Source of the DNA: Puniceicoccales bacterium
GTDB taxonomy: Bacteria > Verrucomicrobiota > Verrucomicrobiia > Opitutales > JAIRKQ01
Length of the DNA: 64,000 nt
NCBI GenBank assembly: GCA_031269795.1
Contig: JAISYR010000004.1
Span: 2,458-66,457 of the forward strand
Direction of reading: 5' to 3'
Below the pieces are notes generated by a model, which worked only from the letters and a program-made list of their open reading frames with translations, ran no database searches and had not been told where the DNA came from. Made by a program: the position numbers and the translations under genes. The first letter of the stretch is position 1; each line of letters starts with the position of its first letter. Positions 1 through 10,590 of the stretch are shown piece by piece.

Positions 1-146
1 TTGAAAACTACCAGCCCCAAGGGGGTACGGTGGCGGCTATTTGGACGAAGGAAATTCGTTTCCCACGGCGGGAGATGCCCGGATGGTAGGCGGTCGCCAC
101 GGACAATACAACCTTCCTAAATGACGGAACTCCCCCAGGTCGCCAT

Positions 147-1463
147 CTACCCTAATGGGCACTTCTGGGTGGAATACCCCGGCAAAGGAAATGAACTGTG
201 GTTTGCTTCAGCAAGGCTGTGGAAAGGCTGTGGAAACCTGCCACAAAGGTCCAAAACCCCACGTTCAATGCTGGAAATTGTGGATTTATTTACAGGATCC
301 GCAAGTATGGTTTTTATAAATTCTGCAATTTGAACCATTTCTTTTTCCTCCATTCCCCGCGTGGTAACTGCAGGGGTGCCCAATCTTAAACCACTGGCGA
401 GCAAAGGACTTCGCGTTTCATTCGGAATAACGTTTCTATTGACCGTGATATTAGCACTTTCAAGTGCGATCTCTGCATCCTTACCCGTTAAATCCCTATG
501 GACAGTGCGCAGGTCAACAAGCATCAGGTGATTATCCGTTCCTCCGGCCACGATGTGATAGCCATAGGAAGCCATCTGTTCGGCAAGGGTAGCGGCATTT
601 TTAATAATTTGTTTTTGGTATTGTTTGAATTCAGGTTGTAAGGCTTCTAGAAAACAGACAGCTTTCCCTGCGATGACATGCATCAGTGGCCCTCCCTGTG
701 TTCCCGGGAAAACAGCGGAATCAATGGCCTTAGCAAATTCTGCCTTACACATTATCATTCCTCCCCGTGGGCCACGTAGGGTTTTATGGGTCGTCGTGGT
801 GACAAATTCGCAATGGGGGACTGGACTTTGATGGAATCCCGCAGCGACAAGGCCAGCTATGTGGGCAATATCGGCCAATACTAGTGCACCGTATGAGTGC
901 GCAATTTCAGATACCCGCTTGAAATCTATGGCCCTAGAATAGGCCGATGCTCCAATAGTTATCAGCTTTGGGCGTTCAGTTTTTGCCAGTTGTTCCATTT
1001 GATCATAGTCTATGCAGCCAGTTTCTGAGGATACGCCATAGTGAATTACTTTATATAGCATACCACTTGTATTTTTGGGATGGCCATGGGTCAAATGTCC
1101 TCCATTTTCCAGGGACAGGGTTAAAATTTTATCTCCGGGATTCAATGTCGCAGTATAAACGGCCGAGTTTGCTTGACTACCCGAATGGGGCTGCACATTG
1201 ACATGCTCTGCCCCAAACAATTGTTTGGCACGGTCAATGGCTAGCTGTTCGACGACATCGACGTTATCACAACCACCGTAGTAACGTCTGCCAGGGTATC
1301 CTTCGGCATATTTATTCGTTAACACACTCCCAACTGCTTCCAAGACGGCGGAGGAAACAAAATTTTCAGATGCTATCAACTCAATTTGTTCCCTTTGGCG
1401 AATTTTTTCTTTTTCGATTGCACCAAAAATGGCAGAATCAACTTCTTTCAAGTGCTGTAGCAT
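147..1463 (-). CDS. glyA: serine hydroxymethyltransferase
   Basis: 438-aa ORF with the SHMT PLP-lysine motif [15 protein letters not shown] and an N-terminal LIASENF motif. It has a C-terminal extension of about 25 aa relative to typical enzymes. Confidence 0.95.
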   Translation of the reverse strand: MLQHLKEVDSAIFGAIEKEKIRQREQIELIASENFVSSAVLEAVGSVLTNKYAEGYPGRRYYGGCDNVDVVEQLAIDRAKQLFGAEHVNVQPHSGSQANSAVYTATLNPGDKILTLSLENGGHLTHGHPKNTSGMLYKVIHYGVSSETGCIDYDQMEQLAKTERPKLITIGASAYSRAIDFKRVSEIAHSYGALVLADIAHIAGLVAAGFHQSPVPHCEFVTTTTHKTLRGPRGGMIMCKAEFAKAIDSAVFPGTQGGPLMHVIAGKAVCFLEALQPEFKQYQKQIIKNAATLAEQMASYGYHIVAGGTDNHLMLVDLRTVHRDLTGKDAEIALESANITVNRNVIPNETRSPLLASGLRLGTPAVTTRGMEEKEMVQIAEFIKTILADPVNKSTISSIERGVLDLCGRFPQPFHSLAEANHSSFPLPGYSTQKCPLG

Positions 1464-1609
1464 TGTTTTCCCTATTTTCTTCTAAAGCTTAGAAAGGGGA
1501 CATATGAACAAACGATGGGAAACAGCAAGTCAAATTTGATGTGAACTATTTTTTCTTGATTTTACACAATCAAGTCCTATTCGTTAAAAGCCAATTAGGG
1601 TTTTTAGAA

Positions 1610-1768
1610 ATGACACAGCATCCGAGTTTTACGAGAAGTGGTGGTGGAGCAATCAATAAACGTAGTGTTTTGAAGCGCCATGAACGGGTAGATTTGTTAA
1701 AAAAACGCGGCATTTGGACCGATGTAAGCTCCATAGTTGGATTGCCAAAAACCAAGCCCGAAGAATAG
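1610..1768 (+). CDS. PVC-type small basic protein (52 aa)
   Basis: In-frame ATG at 1610 inside the 75-aa track ORF. MTQHPSFTRSGGGAINKRSVLKRHERVDLLKKRGIW...GLPKTK matches my recollection of the ~50-60 aa small basic protein family restricted to Planctomycetes, Verrucomicrobia and Chlamydiae. Confidence 0.6.
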   Translation: MTQHPSFTRSGGGAINKRSVLKRHERVDLLKKRGIWTDVSSIVGLPKTKPEE

Positions 1769-1796
1769 GGTTTATCCCAGGAACATCGGTTGATGT

Positions 1797-2540
1797 ATGA
1801 GAAATATTCAGTGGATGTTTTTTTGTTTTTTTTTCGTTGCATTTGGCATCAGCGGATGCAAGAGAGGGGAGTTGTCCGACCGGGAAAGCCCGGAAACCGG
1901 TGATAAAAATTTTATATTGGCGACCAAGTATGTTCGCGATGAGCTTTTCGACGAAGCCATCCATTGTTTGAACGATGTCGCTAGGTCCCATAAAATTTCC
2001 CCCGAATCAAGTTTGTTGCTGGGGACAATCTATCTGGACAAAAAAAATGATCCCGTGACTGCCATATATTTTCTGAGGAAATATATGGATGAATGTGGCA
2101 ATCCAAGGCAAACACAAATTGCAGAACAGCTCATTGATACTGCCAAAAAAGAGTTTTTAAAAAGCTTCCCTGCCTATAACGGCATTGCACAAAACGAGGC
2201 GGAACTGATGGAAATATTAAAATCTTTGAAAAATCAGAATTCCGCCCTGCGGCAGCAAATGGTTACCCACAGGCAGAAGATTTCTGACTATGAAATTAGA
2301 ATAAATGCCCTGCAAAATGCATTGCAGAATGCAAATAAGGAAAACCTTATGCCACATTCGCCGAGTTCGCAATCTGAAGCTGTCACGATACATAGGGTTG
2401 AAGATGGTGAAACTCTTTCGAGCATAAGTGACAAATATTATGGTACCCCCAATGCTTGGCAAAAAATTTTCGAAGCAAACAGTGCAACCTTGAAAAGTCC
2501 TAAAAGTCTGCGGGTTGGGCAGCAGTTAATAATTCCATAG
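1797..2540 (+). CDS. LysM domain lipoprotein with coiled-coil region
   Basis: Signal peptide with lipobox (FGISGC). C-terminal LysM-like segment HRVEDGETLSSISDKYYG...LRVGQQLIIP. Central heptad-like region. Confidence 0.75.
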   Translation: MRNIQWMFFCFFFVAFGISGCKRGELSDRESPETGDKNFILATKYVRDELFDEAIHCLNDVARSHKISPESSLLLGTIYLDKKNDPVTAIYFLRKYMDECGNPRQTQIAEQLIDTAKKEFLKSFPAYNGIAQNEAELMEILKSLKNQNSALRQQMVTHRQKISDYEIRINALQNALQNANKENLMPHSPSSQSEAVTIHRVEDGETLSSISDKYYGTPNAWQKIFEANSATLKSPKSLRVGQQLIIP

Positions 2541-2626
2541 CATTGCCCTGTAATTTTTCACTGGAAAAAAGAAAAAAGCAGTTGATCCAGGTGAAACAGC
2601 ATAGGGTAAGGTAAGTAGGCTGAAAA

Positions 2627-3565
2627 TTACACTTTTTCCCGTTTTGCAACTATCAGGCCTAGGGCTATGAAACTTTGCAATGCGAGTGATAGCCAGGTGT
2701 CCAAAATGCCAATGGAACAATATTTGCCACACGCAAAGGTTACCACGTCAACAAAACTGCGGATATTCATTAGAGCGAATACGGTTCCCATGTGAAAAGC
2801 TATGGGACACAGCAAACTTTTATTTTTAAGTAGCAGGAGTGACAATAATACCCCAAATGCCATTAGGTTCAGGAAATTCAACGAGTTAAAGCCACGTCCG
2901 ATGCTCATTATCGTTGGAATTATGCATCGAAAACCAGAAAAAATTGTAACATCGGCGATATCAATTCTTAAATTATTTCCCACTCCCAAATGGCAATAGG
3001 CGAAAAATAGTGACGCTAGTAGCATGGAACATGTTATATTGAAGTTGCGCGAAAGTAGGTTAAAAATTATGCCTCGGAAGATAATTTCTTCCAAAAATCC
3101 TATGCTAATAGCCCCCATGGTAAATTTGAAAAGGTTCCAAAAATAAACCTTCGCCACAACGGGCTTAAATATGGAAATATTGTGTAAGGATAACCATGCA
3201 AATATCGTGCAAGTGAGGATAAAACCTCCGATGAAGGTTAGTAAAAATTTTCGTCGGCATATTTTTACAAAATAGATGTCTTCCAGGGAATGAAAGCCAC
3301 AGACTTTTAGAAAGGGAAACAGTAGGATAAGCAATGAAATTAGTTGGGCTCTGTCAAAAAATTTTTCAAACCCTTTGTCGATAAAATGCTGGAATGATTC
3401 CACCGGAAGCCTATTTGCTAGGAACTTCGTCGCGTAAAACAACGCAGGAGCTAACACTGCGGCGAGGCACAAAGTGCAAAGATAGAAAATACCAAATAAA
3501 ATTATCCCATTTTTTGGGGGAGAATAATTTTTTCTTTTAAAAAAATCGTTTTCCATATCTGTCAC
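2627..3565 (-). CDS. CPBP family intramembrane glutamic endopeptidase (CAAX protease-like)
   Basis: Polytopic membrane protein with the EEIIFRG motif (EExxxR) and a later FAYCH histidine motif, as in the CPBP/Abi family. Confidence 0.75.
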   Translation of the reverse strand: MTDMENDFFKRKNYSPPKNGIILFGIFYLCTLCLAAVLAPALFYATKFLANRLPVESFQHFIDKGFEKFFDRAQLISLLILLFPFLKVCGFHSLEDIYFVKICRRKFLLTFIGGFILTCTIFAWLSLHNISIFKPVVAKVYFWNLFKFTMGAISIGFLEEIIFRGIIFNLLSRNFNITCSMLLASLFFAYCHLGVGNNLRIDIADVTIFSGFRCIIPTIMSIGRGFNSLNFLNLMAFGVLLSLLLLKNKSLLCPIAFHMGTVFALMNIRSFVDVVTFACGKYCSIGILDTWLSLALQSFIALGLIVAKREKV

Positions 3566-3657
3566 CGCCGGTTAGTTAGCAAGCTACCTTTCTAAGGTAT
3601 TGGGGCGTATTGCAAATAAATTGACATGAATGTTGAAAATAATTTCCTGGACAAACC

Positions 3658-4422
3658 ATGAAGAGACTATTGTTCGCAGTTATATTTTTCCTTCAGGCGA
3701 TATTGCTATGCTCGGCTGAAGGGGATGAAATCGTTTTACTAACGAGTGCCGATAACCCTCCCTATGAATTTACAAGGTCGGGAGAAGTTGTAGGGTTTGA
3801 CATAGATATAGCAAAAATCATCGCAGAAAAATTAGGAAAAACCCTCGTAATAAAAGATATGCCATTTTCATCTTTGATTCCCGCTTTGATGTCAAAGCAG
3901 GGTGACTTTGCCATGGCTGCCATTACCCCAACGGATGCCAGGCGGGAAAACGTTGATTTTTCCATATCATATCAAGATAATATTAGTGCTGCCGTCCTAG
4001 TTGATAGCGATGAATTCTCATATATGAGAGATACCAACGCAATATTTCCGATCGCATTGTTGGAAGGTAAAACGGTGGGAGTACAGCTAGGAACACACCA
4101 TGAAAGCGATATACGGGCCGCTAACATTCCAAACATAGAGATAAAGAGATATGACAATGTGGGAACGATGATTGCCGAAATGTCAAACTCTGCCAATGGT
4201 AGCGGAACCCTATATGCCCTTGTAATAGGGAATGCCGAATCACATATGATGACAAAAAGAAATCTCAAATTATGTTCTTTTCCGCTTCAATTTTCTGATT
4301 CCTTTGCCATTGCATTTGCAAAAAACTCACCCCTAAAAGCAAAAGTTAACGAAATTCTCGAATCGCTCAAAGAAACTGGCAGAATCTCTGATTTGGAAAT
4401 AAAGTGGGATATTGCGCAATGA
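3658..4422 (+). CDS. amino-acid ABC transporter substrate-binding protein (family 3, ArtJ-like)
   Basis: Signal peptide. DNPPYEF and GFDIDIAK motifs typical of polar amino-acid binding proteins. First gene of an SBP-permease-ATPase operon. Confidence 0.9.
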   Translation: MKRLLFAVIFFLQAILLCSAEGDEIVLLTSADNPPYEFTRSGEVVGFDIDIAKIIAEKLGKTLVIKDMPFSSLIPALMSKQGDFAMAAITPTDARRENVDFSISYQDNISAAVLVDSDEFSYMRDTNAIFPIALLEGKTVGVQLGTHHESDIRAANIPNIEIKRYDNVGTMIAEMSNSANGSGTLYALVIGNAESHMMTKRNLKLCSFPLQFSDSFAIAFAKNSPLKAKVNEILESLKETGRISDLEIKWDIAQ

Positions 4423-5084
4423 ATATTTTCAAAGGATTTCAACGGATATCTAGCGAAATACCATATATCATAGAAGGTGCCAAAGTAACCTTGGCATATG
4501 CTCTTGTTGCGATGTTTTTTGGGTTTTGTGGTGGGACATTGCTCGCAATTATCAGGCAGTCAAAATATAAAATTTTTCGTGCCCTAGGAGCATTATATTT
4601 ATCTATTTTCCGGGGAACGCCCCTTCTTTTACAACTGTCGATAATTTATTTTGCCATACCTCAGATTATTCATCGCCCAATCCCTGCTTTTGTGGCGGGA
4701 ATAATCGCATTTTCATTGAACTCATCCGCCTATGTTTCGGAAATTATGCGAGCTGGCATGCAAAGCGTAAGCATTGGTCAGATTGAAATAGGAAAAGTTT
4801 TGGGTTGCTCAAAGTTCCAAATAATTCGTGACATTGTTTTGCCCCAGGGGATAAGAAATGTTTTGCCGTCGCTGGTAAACGAAATGATCGATCTACTCAA
4901 GGAATCTGCCATTGTTTCCATAATTGGGGAATCGGATTTACTTCGCCGAGCCAACGTTGTATCAAGCGAACATTATTTATACCTAGAGCCATTGCTTATC
5001 GCAGGGCTGTGCTATTACTGTATGATCATGATTTTGAGCGGTGTTGCAAAGTACATAGAAAGAAAATTATCATGCTCGAGGTAG
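4419..5084 (+). CDS. amino-acid ABC transporter permease
   Basis: ATG at 4419 overlaps the upstream stop (ATGA). His/Glu/Gln/Arg/opine-type permease with EAA-like loop (SSAYVSEIMRAG). Confidence 0.9.
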   Translation: MNIFKGFQRISSEIPYIIEGAKVTLAYALVAMFFGFCGGTLLAIIRQSKYKIFRALGALYLSIFRGTPLLLQLSIIYFAIPQIIHRPIPAFVAGIIAFSLNSSAYVSEIMRAGMQSVSIGQIEIGKVLGCSKFQIIRDIVLPQGIRNVLPSLVNEMIDLLKESAIVSIIGESDLLRRANVVSSEHYLYLEPLLIAGLCYYCMIMILSGVAKYIERKLSCSR

Positions 5085-5773
5085 AAAATTTACATTGTAC
5101 ATTGGGTACCAATGAAATTCTGCGAGGAATATCTTTTACCGTTGCCGGTGGTGAAATCGTCACGGTAATTGGGAGGTCAGGAGCTGGAAAAACCACCCTC
5201 CTGCGAGTACTGTGTGGCCTAGAAAACGTATCCCACGGTAAGGTTTGTATTAATGGAAAAAAAGCATGCCATGGGGACTATGGATTGGTCCAGCAGGGAT
5301 GTTGTCTGTTTGAACATATGACGGTTTTAAAAAACGTTTCCTATGCTTTGCAGGCCGTAAAAAAATTTTCTACAAAAAAGGCCGAAGCGTTAGCGTTAGA
5401 CATGCTGACACAATTTGGACTAAAGGATAAAGTAACGGCATATCCAAATAGTTTATCCGGTGGCCAAAAACAACGAGTGGCCATTGCTAGAACCTTGGTA
5501 ATGGACCCCAAAGTATTATTGTTTGATGAGCCCACATCGGCCCTCGACCCTGAAATGACAAACGATGTGGTCGGTATGATAAAAAACATAGCATCGCGGG
5601 GAATTGCAGTTCTAATCGTTACCCATGACCTGGCAATGTCCCGTAGAATTTCCGATAGGATTTTATTTTTGGAATGTGGTAAAATTGTGGAAAATCGTCC
5701 AACGGAAGAATTTTTCCTAGCCCCCCATTCCGAACAGGTAAAAAATTTTCTAAAAAACATAGCCTTATTTTAA
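5072..5773 (+). CDS. amino-acid ABC transporter ATP-binding protein
   Basis: Walker A GRSGAGKTT, signature LSGGQKQR, Walker B LLFDEPTSALD. The ATG at 5072 is preferred over the longer track start, which overlaps the permease. Confidence 0.93.
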   Translation: MLEVENLHCTLGTNEILRGISFTVAGGEIVTVIGRSGAGKTTLLRVLCGLENVSHGKVCINGKKACHGDYGLVQQGCCLFEHMTVLKNVSYALQAVKKFSTKKAEALALDMLTQFGLKDKVTAYPNSLSGGQKQRVAIARTLVMDPKVLLFDEPTSALDPEMTNDVVGMIKNIASRGIAVLIVTHDLAMSRRISDRILFLECGKIVENRPTEEFFLAPHSEQVKNFLKNIALF

Positions 5774-5842
5774 AGATATGTATACCGTGACGTTTGGTAT
5801 TAGCCAGCAAATCCTCGGTCGTTCGATAACATAACAAAAATG

Positions 5843-5870
5843 TTGACATATTGTGGAGTTGGGATACATT
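5843..5870 (+). promoter_or_regulatory. candidate sigma70-type promoter (TTGACA-16 nt-TACATT)
   Basis: Perfect -35 hexamer at 5843-5848, 16-nt spacer, then TACATT at 5865-5870, about 35 nt upstream of the strong RBS of the 5904 ORF. Confidence 0.4.
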
Positions 5871-5903
5871 CACCCCTTGGCTAAAAGCTAAAGGGAGGGT
5901 AAG

Positions 5904-6212
5904 ATGGAAGATTTTAAAAGAATTGGACGTGAACGGAATAATTTTGTAATTCTTGAGCGTAGTGGGGGTGTTGCACCTGTAGTTTTTAAGGTACATCCTG
6001 ATCGTGAGGAAGATTTTAGGAAGATTGCAGTCCACACCACGAACGATCAATTTCGTGCAGCAGCAGGGGCTGCGGACCGCGATGGACATGCAGTCATCAA
6101 GGATGTTCAGTTAGCAGATCGTACGGTTGCAATAAGTTTTGACATCAGTTCACATGGGTACAAGCGGCTGGCTTACAAAATTACCTTCCTAAACGAAACA
6201 AAAAATGGATAG
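5904..6212 (+). CDS. hypothetical protein (102 aa), family not recognised
   Basis: Preceded by a very strong Shine-Dalgarno (AAAGGGAGGGTAAG-ATG) and a candidate promoter. No family-level motif recognised. Confidence 0.6.
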   Translation: MEDFKRIGRERNNFVILERSGGVAPVVFKVHPDREEDFRKIAVHTTNDQFRAAAGAADRDGHAVIKDVQLADRTVAISFDISSHGYKRLAYKITFLNETKNG

Positions 6213-6351
6213 CTACCAGCGTTAAAAGGATTGTCCACCTTTTATGCCATTCCAAACATTCGTGGGTGAGGTGTGTTATGTTTTATTACACTGCACATTA
6301 GGATTAGGCAAAAGATATGGTATGAAATTGGCAATGCGGAGCATGGAATTT

Positions 6352-8241
6352 TCAAGAAATATGAACATTCAAGGTGGATAGCACTTTGTCCATGATATTT
6401 GCTGCCGATAGGCCATGTTCCTGGCGTAAAACATCGGAAGATGTGCCATGTTTTATAAACTCATCGGGCCAACCATAGCGCAGGACATTGGTTTTTATGC
6501 CGTTGTCGTTATAAAATTCCAAAATAGCACTGCCAAATCCCCCCATCAAAACGTTATCTTCAAGGGTCACGACGAGCTCATAATTTTTGGCAATATCTCT
6601 CAATATTTTCCCGTCCAAGGGTTTGACAAATATCACGTTGACGATCCCACCTTGGATGCCAAAATTTTTCAGCCTTTGGCAGACTTCATCGGCCAAATCT
6701 ACCATATTCCCCAGTGCAAGGAAACAAACCCGCTGACCTTCAGTGATTTTTTCCGCTTTACCAAATGGCAAATATTGTGAAAACTCCACGGCGTTTAAGT
6801 CAACATTTCGGTCATGAGCTTTGGGATATCTTATGAAAATCGGACAGTACCATCGGAAGGCGGAATGTAATGCGTTTATAAATTCTTGAACATCCTTGGG
6901 TTGCAAAATGGCAGCATTGGGAATCAGCCTCAAATATGATAGGTCAAATATTCCATGGTGTGTCATTCCATCATGTACGGCAAGGCCGGCACGGTCTAGG
7001 CAAAAAACTACCGGCAAATTCTGTGAGCAAACATCGTGCAACACCTGATCAAATGCCCGCTGCAAAAATGTGGAATATATTGCACAAACTGGCCGCATGC
7101 CACATTTGGCAAGGGCAGCTGAAAATGTCACAGCATGCTCTTCGGCGATACCAACGTCAACGTATTGATCCGAGCAATGGTCTCGTAGATATGATAATCC
7201 AGTACCTCTTGCCATTGCAGCTACGACCCCTATGATTGTTTTGTCTTTCTGGGCGAGCTTTGTTAATTCTTTGCCTAAAATTTCTCCATAGGAAATTGTA
7301 TCCGATTGGGGAATGGTAACGTTGCACGCCCGTTCGGGCTCAATTCCATGAAACTTTTCAGGAAAGTGTGTTGCGTTTCCGTATCCATTTCCTTTTATGG
7401 TCTTCACATGTACAAGAACTGGAACTTTGGTAAATTTACAAAATTCTAAAATTTCTTCCAATTTGGATATGTCATGCCCATCGATGGGTCCAAAATATCG
7501 CAGGCCATAGTATTCAAAATAGGAAGTTGGTAAAATTATGCTTTTAATGGCGCGTTTTAACTTACGCATACCCCGTACCACGGCTTTCCCAAATTTTCCA
7601 TTCCCTAGCATTTTTTTAATTACATTGGAAATAGCTCTGTAAAGCCCACTGATAAGAATTTTGTTCAAATAGATGGATATGGCTCCAACATTTTTATCTA
7701 TCGAAAATTTATTGTCGTTGACAACTACGATCAATCTTTTTGTCGTCGTAGCCAGATTGTTCAATGCTTCCAATGTCATTCCGCATGTCAGCGAACCATC
7801 GCCGAGAATGGCAATAATGTGACTGTCTCTGCGACTGTCAATGCGATCTCTGGCATAGGCAAATCCAAGGGCAACCGATAGTGCTGTCCCTGCATGGCCA
7901 GCGACAAAGGCATCATGTTCGCTTTCGGTGGGATCTGAAAAACCACTGTACCCACCACTCATCCTGATTTGGCGAAACTTGGCATCATTTCTACCAGTCA
8001 GTAGCTTATGGACATAGGTTTGGTGGGAAACATCGAAAATAAACTTATCGCGGGGAGAATCAAAAACGCGATGCAATGCTATGGTAAGCTCTACGACCCC
8101 GAGATTGGAAGCCAAATGTCCTCCGTTTATTGCCGTTACGTCTACCAATATCCGTCGAATTTCCTTCGCCAGTTCTTTTAGTTGTCTCCTATTTAAAACT
8201 TTAACATCCTGTGGGGTATGTATGGTATCGAGAATGTTCAT
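6352..8241 (-). CDS. dxs: 1-deoxy-D-xylulose-5-phosphate synthase
   Basis: 629 aa with GHAGTALS and ILGDGSLTCGMTLEALNN (TPP-binding GDG...N) motifs. Transketolase-like domain order. Confidence 0.95.
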   Translation of the reverse strand: MNILDTIHTPQDVKVLNRRQLKELAKEIRRILVDVTAINGGHLASNLGVVELTIALHRVFDSPRDKFIFDVSHQTYVHKLLTGRNDAKFRQIRMSGGYSGFSDPTESEHDAFVAGHAGTALSVALGFAYARDRIDSRRDSHIIAILGDGSLTCGMTLEALNNLATTTKRLIVVVNDNKFSIDKNVGAISIYLNKILISGLYRAISNVIKKMLGNGKFGKAVVRGMRKLKRAIKSIILPTSYFEYYGLRYFGPIDGHDISKLEEILEFCKFTKVPVLVHVKTIKGNGYGNATHFPEKFHGIEPERACNVTIPQSDTISYGEILGKELTKLAQKDKTIIGVVAAMARGTGLSYLRDHCSDQYVDVGIAEEHAVTFSAALAKCGMRPVCAIYSTFLQRAFDQVLHDVCSQNLPVVFCLDRAGLAVHDGMTHHGIFDLSYLRLIPNAAILQPKDVQEFINALHSAFRWYCPIFIRYPKAHDRNVDLNAVEFSQYLPFGKAEKITEGQRVCFLALGNMVDLADEVCQRLKNFGIQGGIVNVIFVKPLDGKILRDIAKNYELVVTLEDNVLMGGFGSAILEFYNDNGIKTNVLRYGWPDEFIKHGTSSDVLRQEHGLSAANIMDKVLSTLNVHIS

Positions 8242-10590
8242 CTATTCTAAAGCTTGAATTTCCAAACTTCGCTGAGGAGAAAAGTCCAAAATTATACATT
8301 TGTCTTGCAGATTTTCTATCCAATCAGCCGTAATCCTCACACATTCCCTCAAATTTGTGTCGAACATTATTATGCCATCAATGTCTTCTTCGGGCTTTTC
8401 TTCCGCATCGACATTATCGTCGCGTATGACATCGGGCAGTGTGATGTTTTCCCAGTAATAATTTTTAAGTTTGGCCAGTATTTTGATTTCTTTATTCATT
8501 TCATCGTTGAAGGCATCTTCCAGCTTATTTTCCGCAATCCGGGTGGCAATTTTTAGTGGAAATTCCTTTCGGTTAACAATACCATCGTAGTGTTTTATGC
8601 GTTTATTCCACAGTGCAAATTCTTCCAAAGAGCTTTGGCGGGCCTTTGAATTTTCGGATAGCTTAGAAATCAGATCGTCGGTCACATAGCATCGATTGCT
8701 TTCTAAATCCCCATCATAATTAAATTCGATGGGGGGAATTGTATCACAATTTAGGGCCCATGGATAATCCGCTTCCCGTTTATGGAAACATTCGTCGAGA
8801 CTGGGAAGTTTTATGTCGGCGGGAACACCCTTTAACTGGGTTGAAATGCCAGTCGGTAAATACCACTTCTGCACCGTAATATATGCAGCTCCAAGATCCT
8901 TGTTACCGCCTAGAGAATTAAAAAATGTGTTCATATCCAACGCTACCTGTACGCTTCCTTTTCCATAGGTAGCTTCTGCCCCTACGATTATTGCTCGCCT
9001 ATGGTCACGCAATGCCCCTATTAAGATTTCCGATGCCGATGCGCTCATGGAAGAAGATAGGACGATCAAGGGCCCTTCCCAGGCAATATCTTCATTTTCG
9101 TCATAAAACTGTTCTATTTTTCCGAAGGAATCTTTCACCTGCACCACCGGCCCCGTTTTGATGAACAGACCAGCAATTAAAATTGCCTGATTTAATAATC
9201 CTCCTCCATTTTGACGCAGATCCAGAATTAATCCATCAATCCCCTTATTTTTCAACATTTCCAACAATGTTCTAACATCTTTATTGGCGTATACACATTG
9301 TTCGTTGTTTGGATTCACATCTCCGTAGAAAGATGGTAATTCTATTACTCCAATTTTTGCAACATTGTCCCCTTGTTTTAATTCGAAGTATTTAGCCTTT
9401 GCCCGCGTAGCATTTAGTTTTATATGGTCCCGAACCAATCGAACGACCTTGGTATCCCCCGATACGGTTTCCAATTTTACCCGAACAACCGTATCTTTCT
9501 TTCCCCGCAATAACTTAACTGTCTTATACAATCTGAGCCCAACTATGTCCACAAATTCGCCATCGTCTCCCTGGGCGACTGCGATAATTTTATCCCCAGC
9601 CTTGATTTCACCTGACAATTTGGCAGGCCCTCCGGGTGTCAATTTTTCAATTGTACACTCCCCCTTTTCATCCCGCAGTTCAGCACCTATTCCGATCAAT
9701 GAGTTGTGAATATGGGTGCTCAGGTCTTCGAAAGAGTCCTTTGATAGGAAGCTCGTGTGTGGATCATACATCTTTGAAATGCTATTCAAAAACATCTCTT
9801 GGAGCACCCAAGAATCGAAATCTTTGTATGTTCTTCGTAAATTTTCATAGCGCCGTTTAACATTTTTTATTGCCTCGTCCAAAATTTTTTCGATGCCATT
9901 TTCCGTGAATTGGTCGAATTGGTCACAGGTTTCCTCCATGTTTTTCCCAAAATTTTCTATTGGTGTAAGCGTCTTGTCGGAAGAATCATCGTTTTTGTCC
10001 TTTAATTTATTCAGTTTACACAGGCTCATTGCCTCGTTTATGACGTCGAACTTCAAACGTTTTTCCCACAAAATATTCGCCTCTTCCACTGTCTGTGGCC
10101 AATTACAATCTTTCCTGTTCAAGGAAATGAAATCATCCTTGGAAAAATCAAACCCTTCATCCAACTTTGTAAATACCCAATCCATCCGAGCGTAGAAAAT
10201 CGTTCTGAATTTTTCAAAGGTATTGAACGCCGGCATGAGGCTGCCGCCACTTACGAAAATGTCCAATGTCGGTACAAATTTTTTCACCAGGGCATCGACA
10301 TCCTTTTGCAGAAATATCATTTTCCCATGGTCCAATTCCGACAAAAACTCAATCATAACTGTCCTATTGTCGAGCAGAGAGATTGTTTTATGTTCCAGAT
10401 GTAGTTCTTCCATGCAGCGTACCATGTATATGGTTTCCGCCCGCATTTCACGAGTAGGGAATAGGCTACCTCCAACTTCGGTGACGGATGTGGCTCGGAG
10501 GAAGGACCCTTGCCCAAAGGATAGGACAACAATAGCAAATATGCTATAAAACGTTTTAAAAAATTTATTCATGGAACCTAACTTATCCAC
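8242..10590 (-). CDS. S41 family tail-specific (carboxy-terminal processing) protease
   Basis: Signal peptide; PDZ-like region (GIGAELRDE...GPAKLSGEIKAGDKIIAV); catalytic-serine region SSSMSASASEILIGAL. The start could be the internal MNKFF at 10572. Abuts the dxs start. Confidence 0.88.
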   Translation of the reverse strand: MDKLGSMNKFFKTFYSIFAIVVLSFGQGSFLRATSVTEVGGSLFPTREMRAETIYMVRCMEELHLEHKTISLLDNRTVMIEFLSELDHGKMIFLQKDVDALVKKFVPTLDIFVSGGSLMPAFNTFEKFRTIFYARMDWVFTKLDEGFDFSKDDFISLNRKDCNWPQTVEEANILWEKRLKFDVINEAMSLCKLNKLKDKNDDSSDKTLTPIENFGKNMEETCDQFDQFTENGIEKILDEAIKNVKRRYENLRRTYKDFDSWVLQEMFLNSISKMYDPHTSFLSKDSFEDLSTHIHNSLIGIGAELRDEKGECTIEKLTPGGPAKLSGEIKAGDKIIAVAQGDDGEFVDIVGLRLYKTVKLLRGKKDTVVRVKLETVSGDTKVVRLVRDHIKLNATRAKAKYFELKQGDNVAKIGVIELPSFYGDVNPNNEQCVYANKDVRTLLEMLKNKGIDGLILDLRQNGGGLLNQAILIAGLFIKTGPVVQVKDSFGKIEQFYDENEDIAWEGPLIVLSSSMSASASEILIGALRDHRRAIIVGAEATYGKGSVQVALDMNTFFNSLGGNKDLGAAYITVQKWYLPTGISTQLKGVPADIKLPSLDECFHKREADYPWALNCDTIPPIEFNYDGDLESNRCYVTDDLISKLSENSKARQSSLEEFALWNKRIKHYDGIVNRKEFPLKIATRIAENKLEDAFNDEMNKEIKILAKLKNYYWENITLPDVIRDDNVDAEEKPEEDIDGIIMFDTNLRECVRITADWIENLQDKCIILDFSPQRSLEIQALE

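Noticed and set aside
1-146. Relatively GC-rich segment at the window edge with partial self-complementarity (gtggcgg...ccgccac-like). Open frames end at 89 (...GGTVAAIWTKEIRFPRREMPGW-stop) and at 120. I considered a structured RNA, a riboswitch, or the 3' end of a truncated gene.
   Set aside because: It is too short and is cut by the window edge. I could not match it to RNase P, 6S, TPP, cobalamin, glycine or THF riboswitch cores from memory. It lies downstream of glyA, not upstream, so a glyA leader is excluded. Left unassigned.
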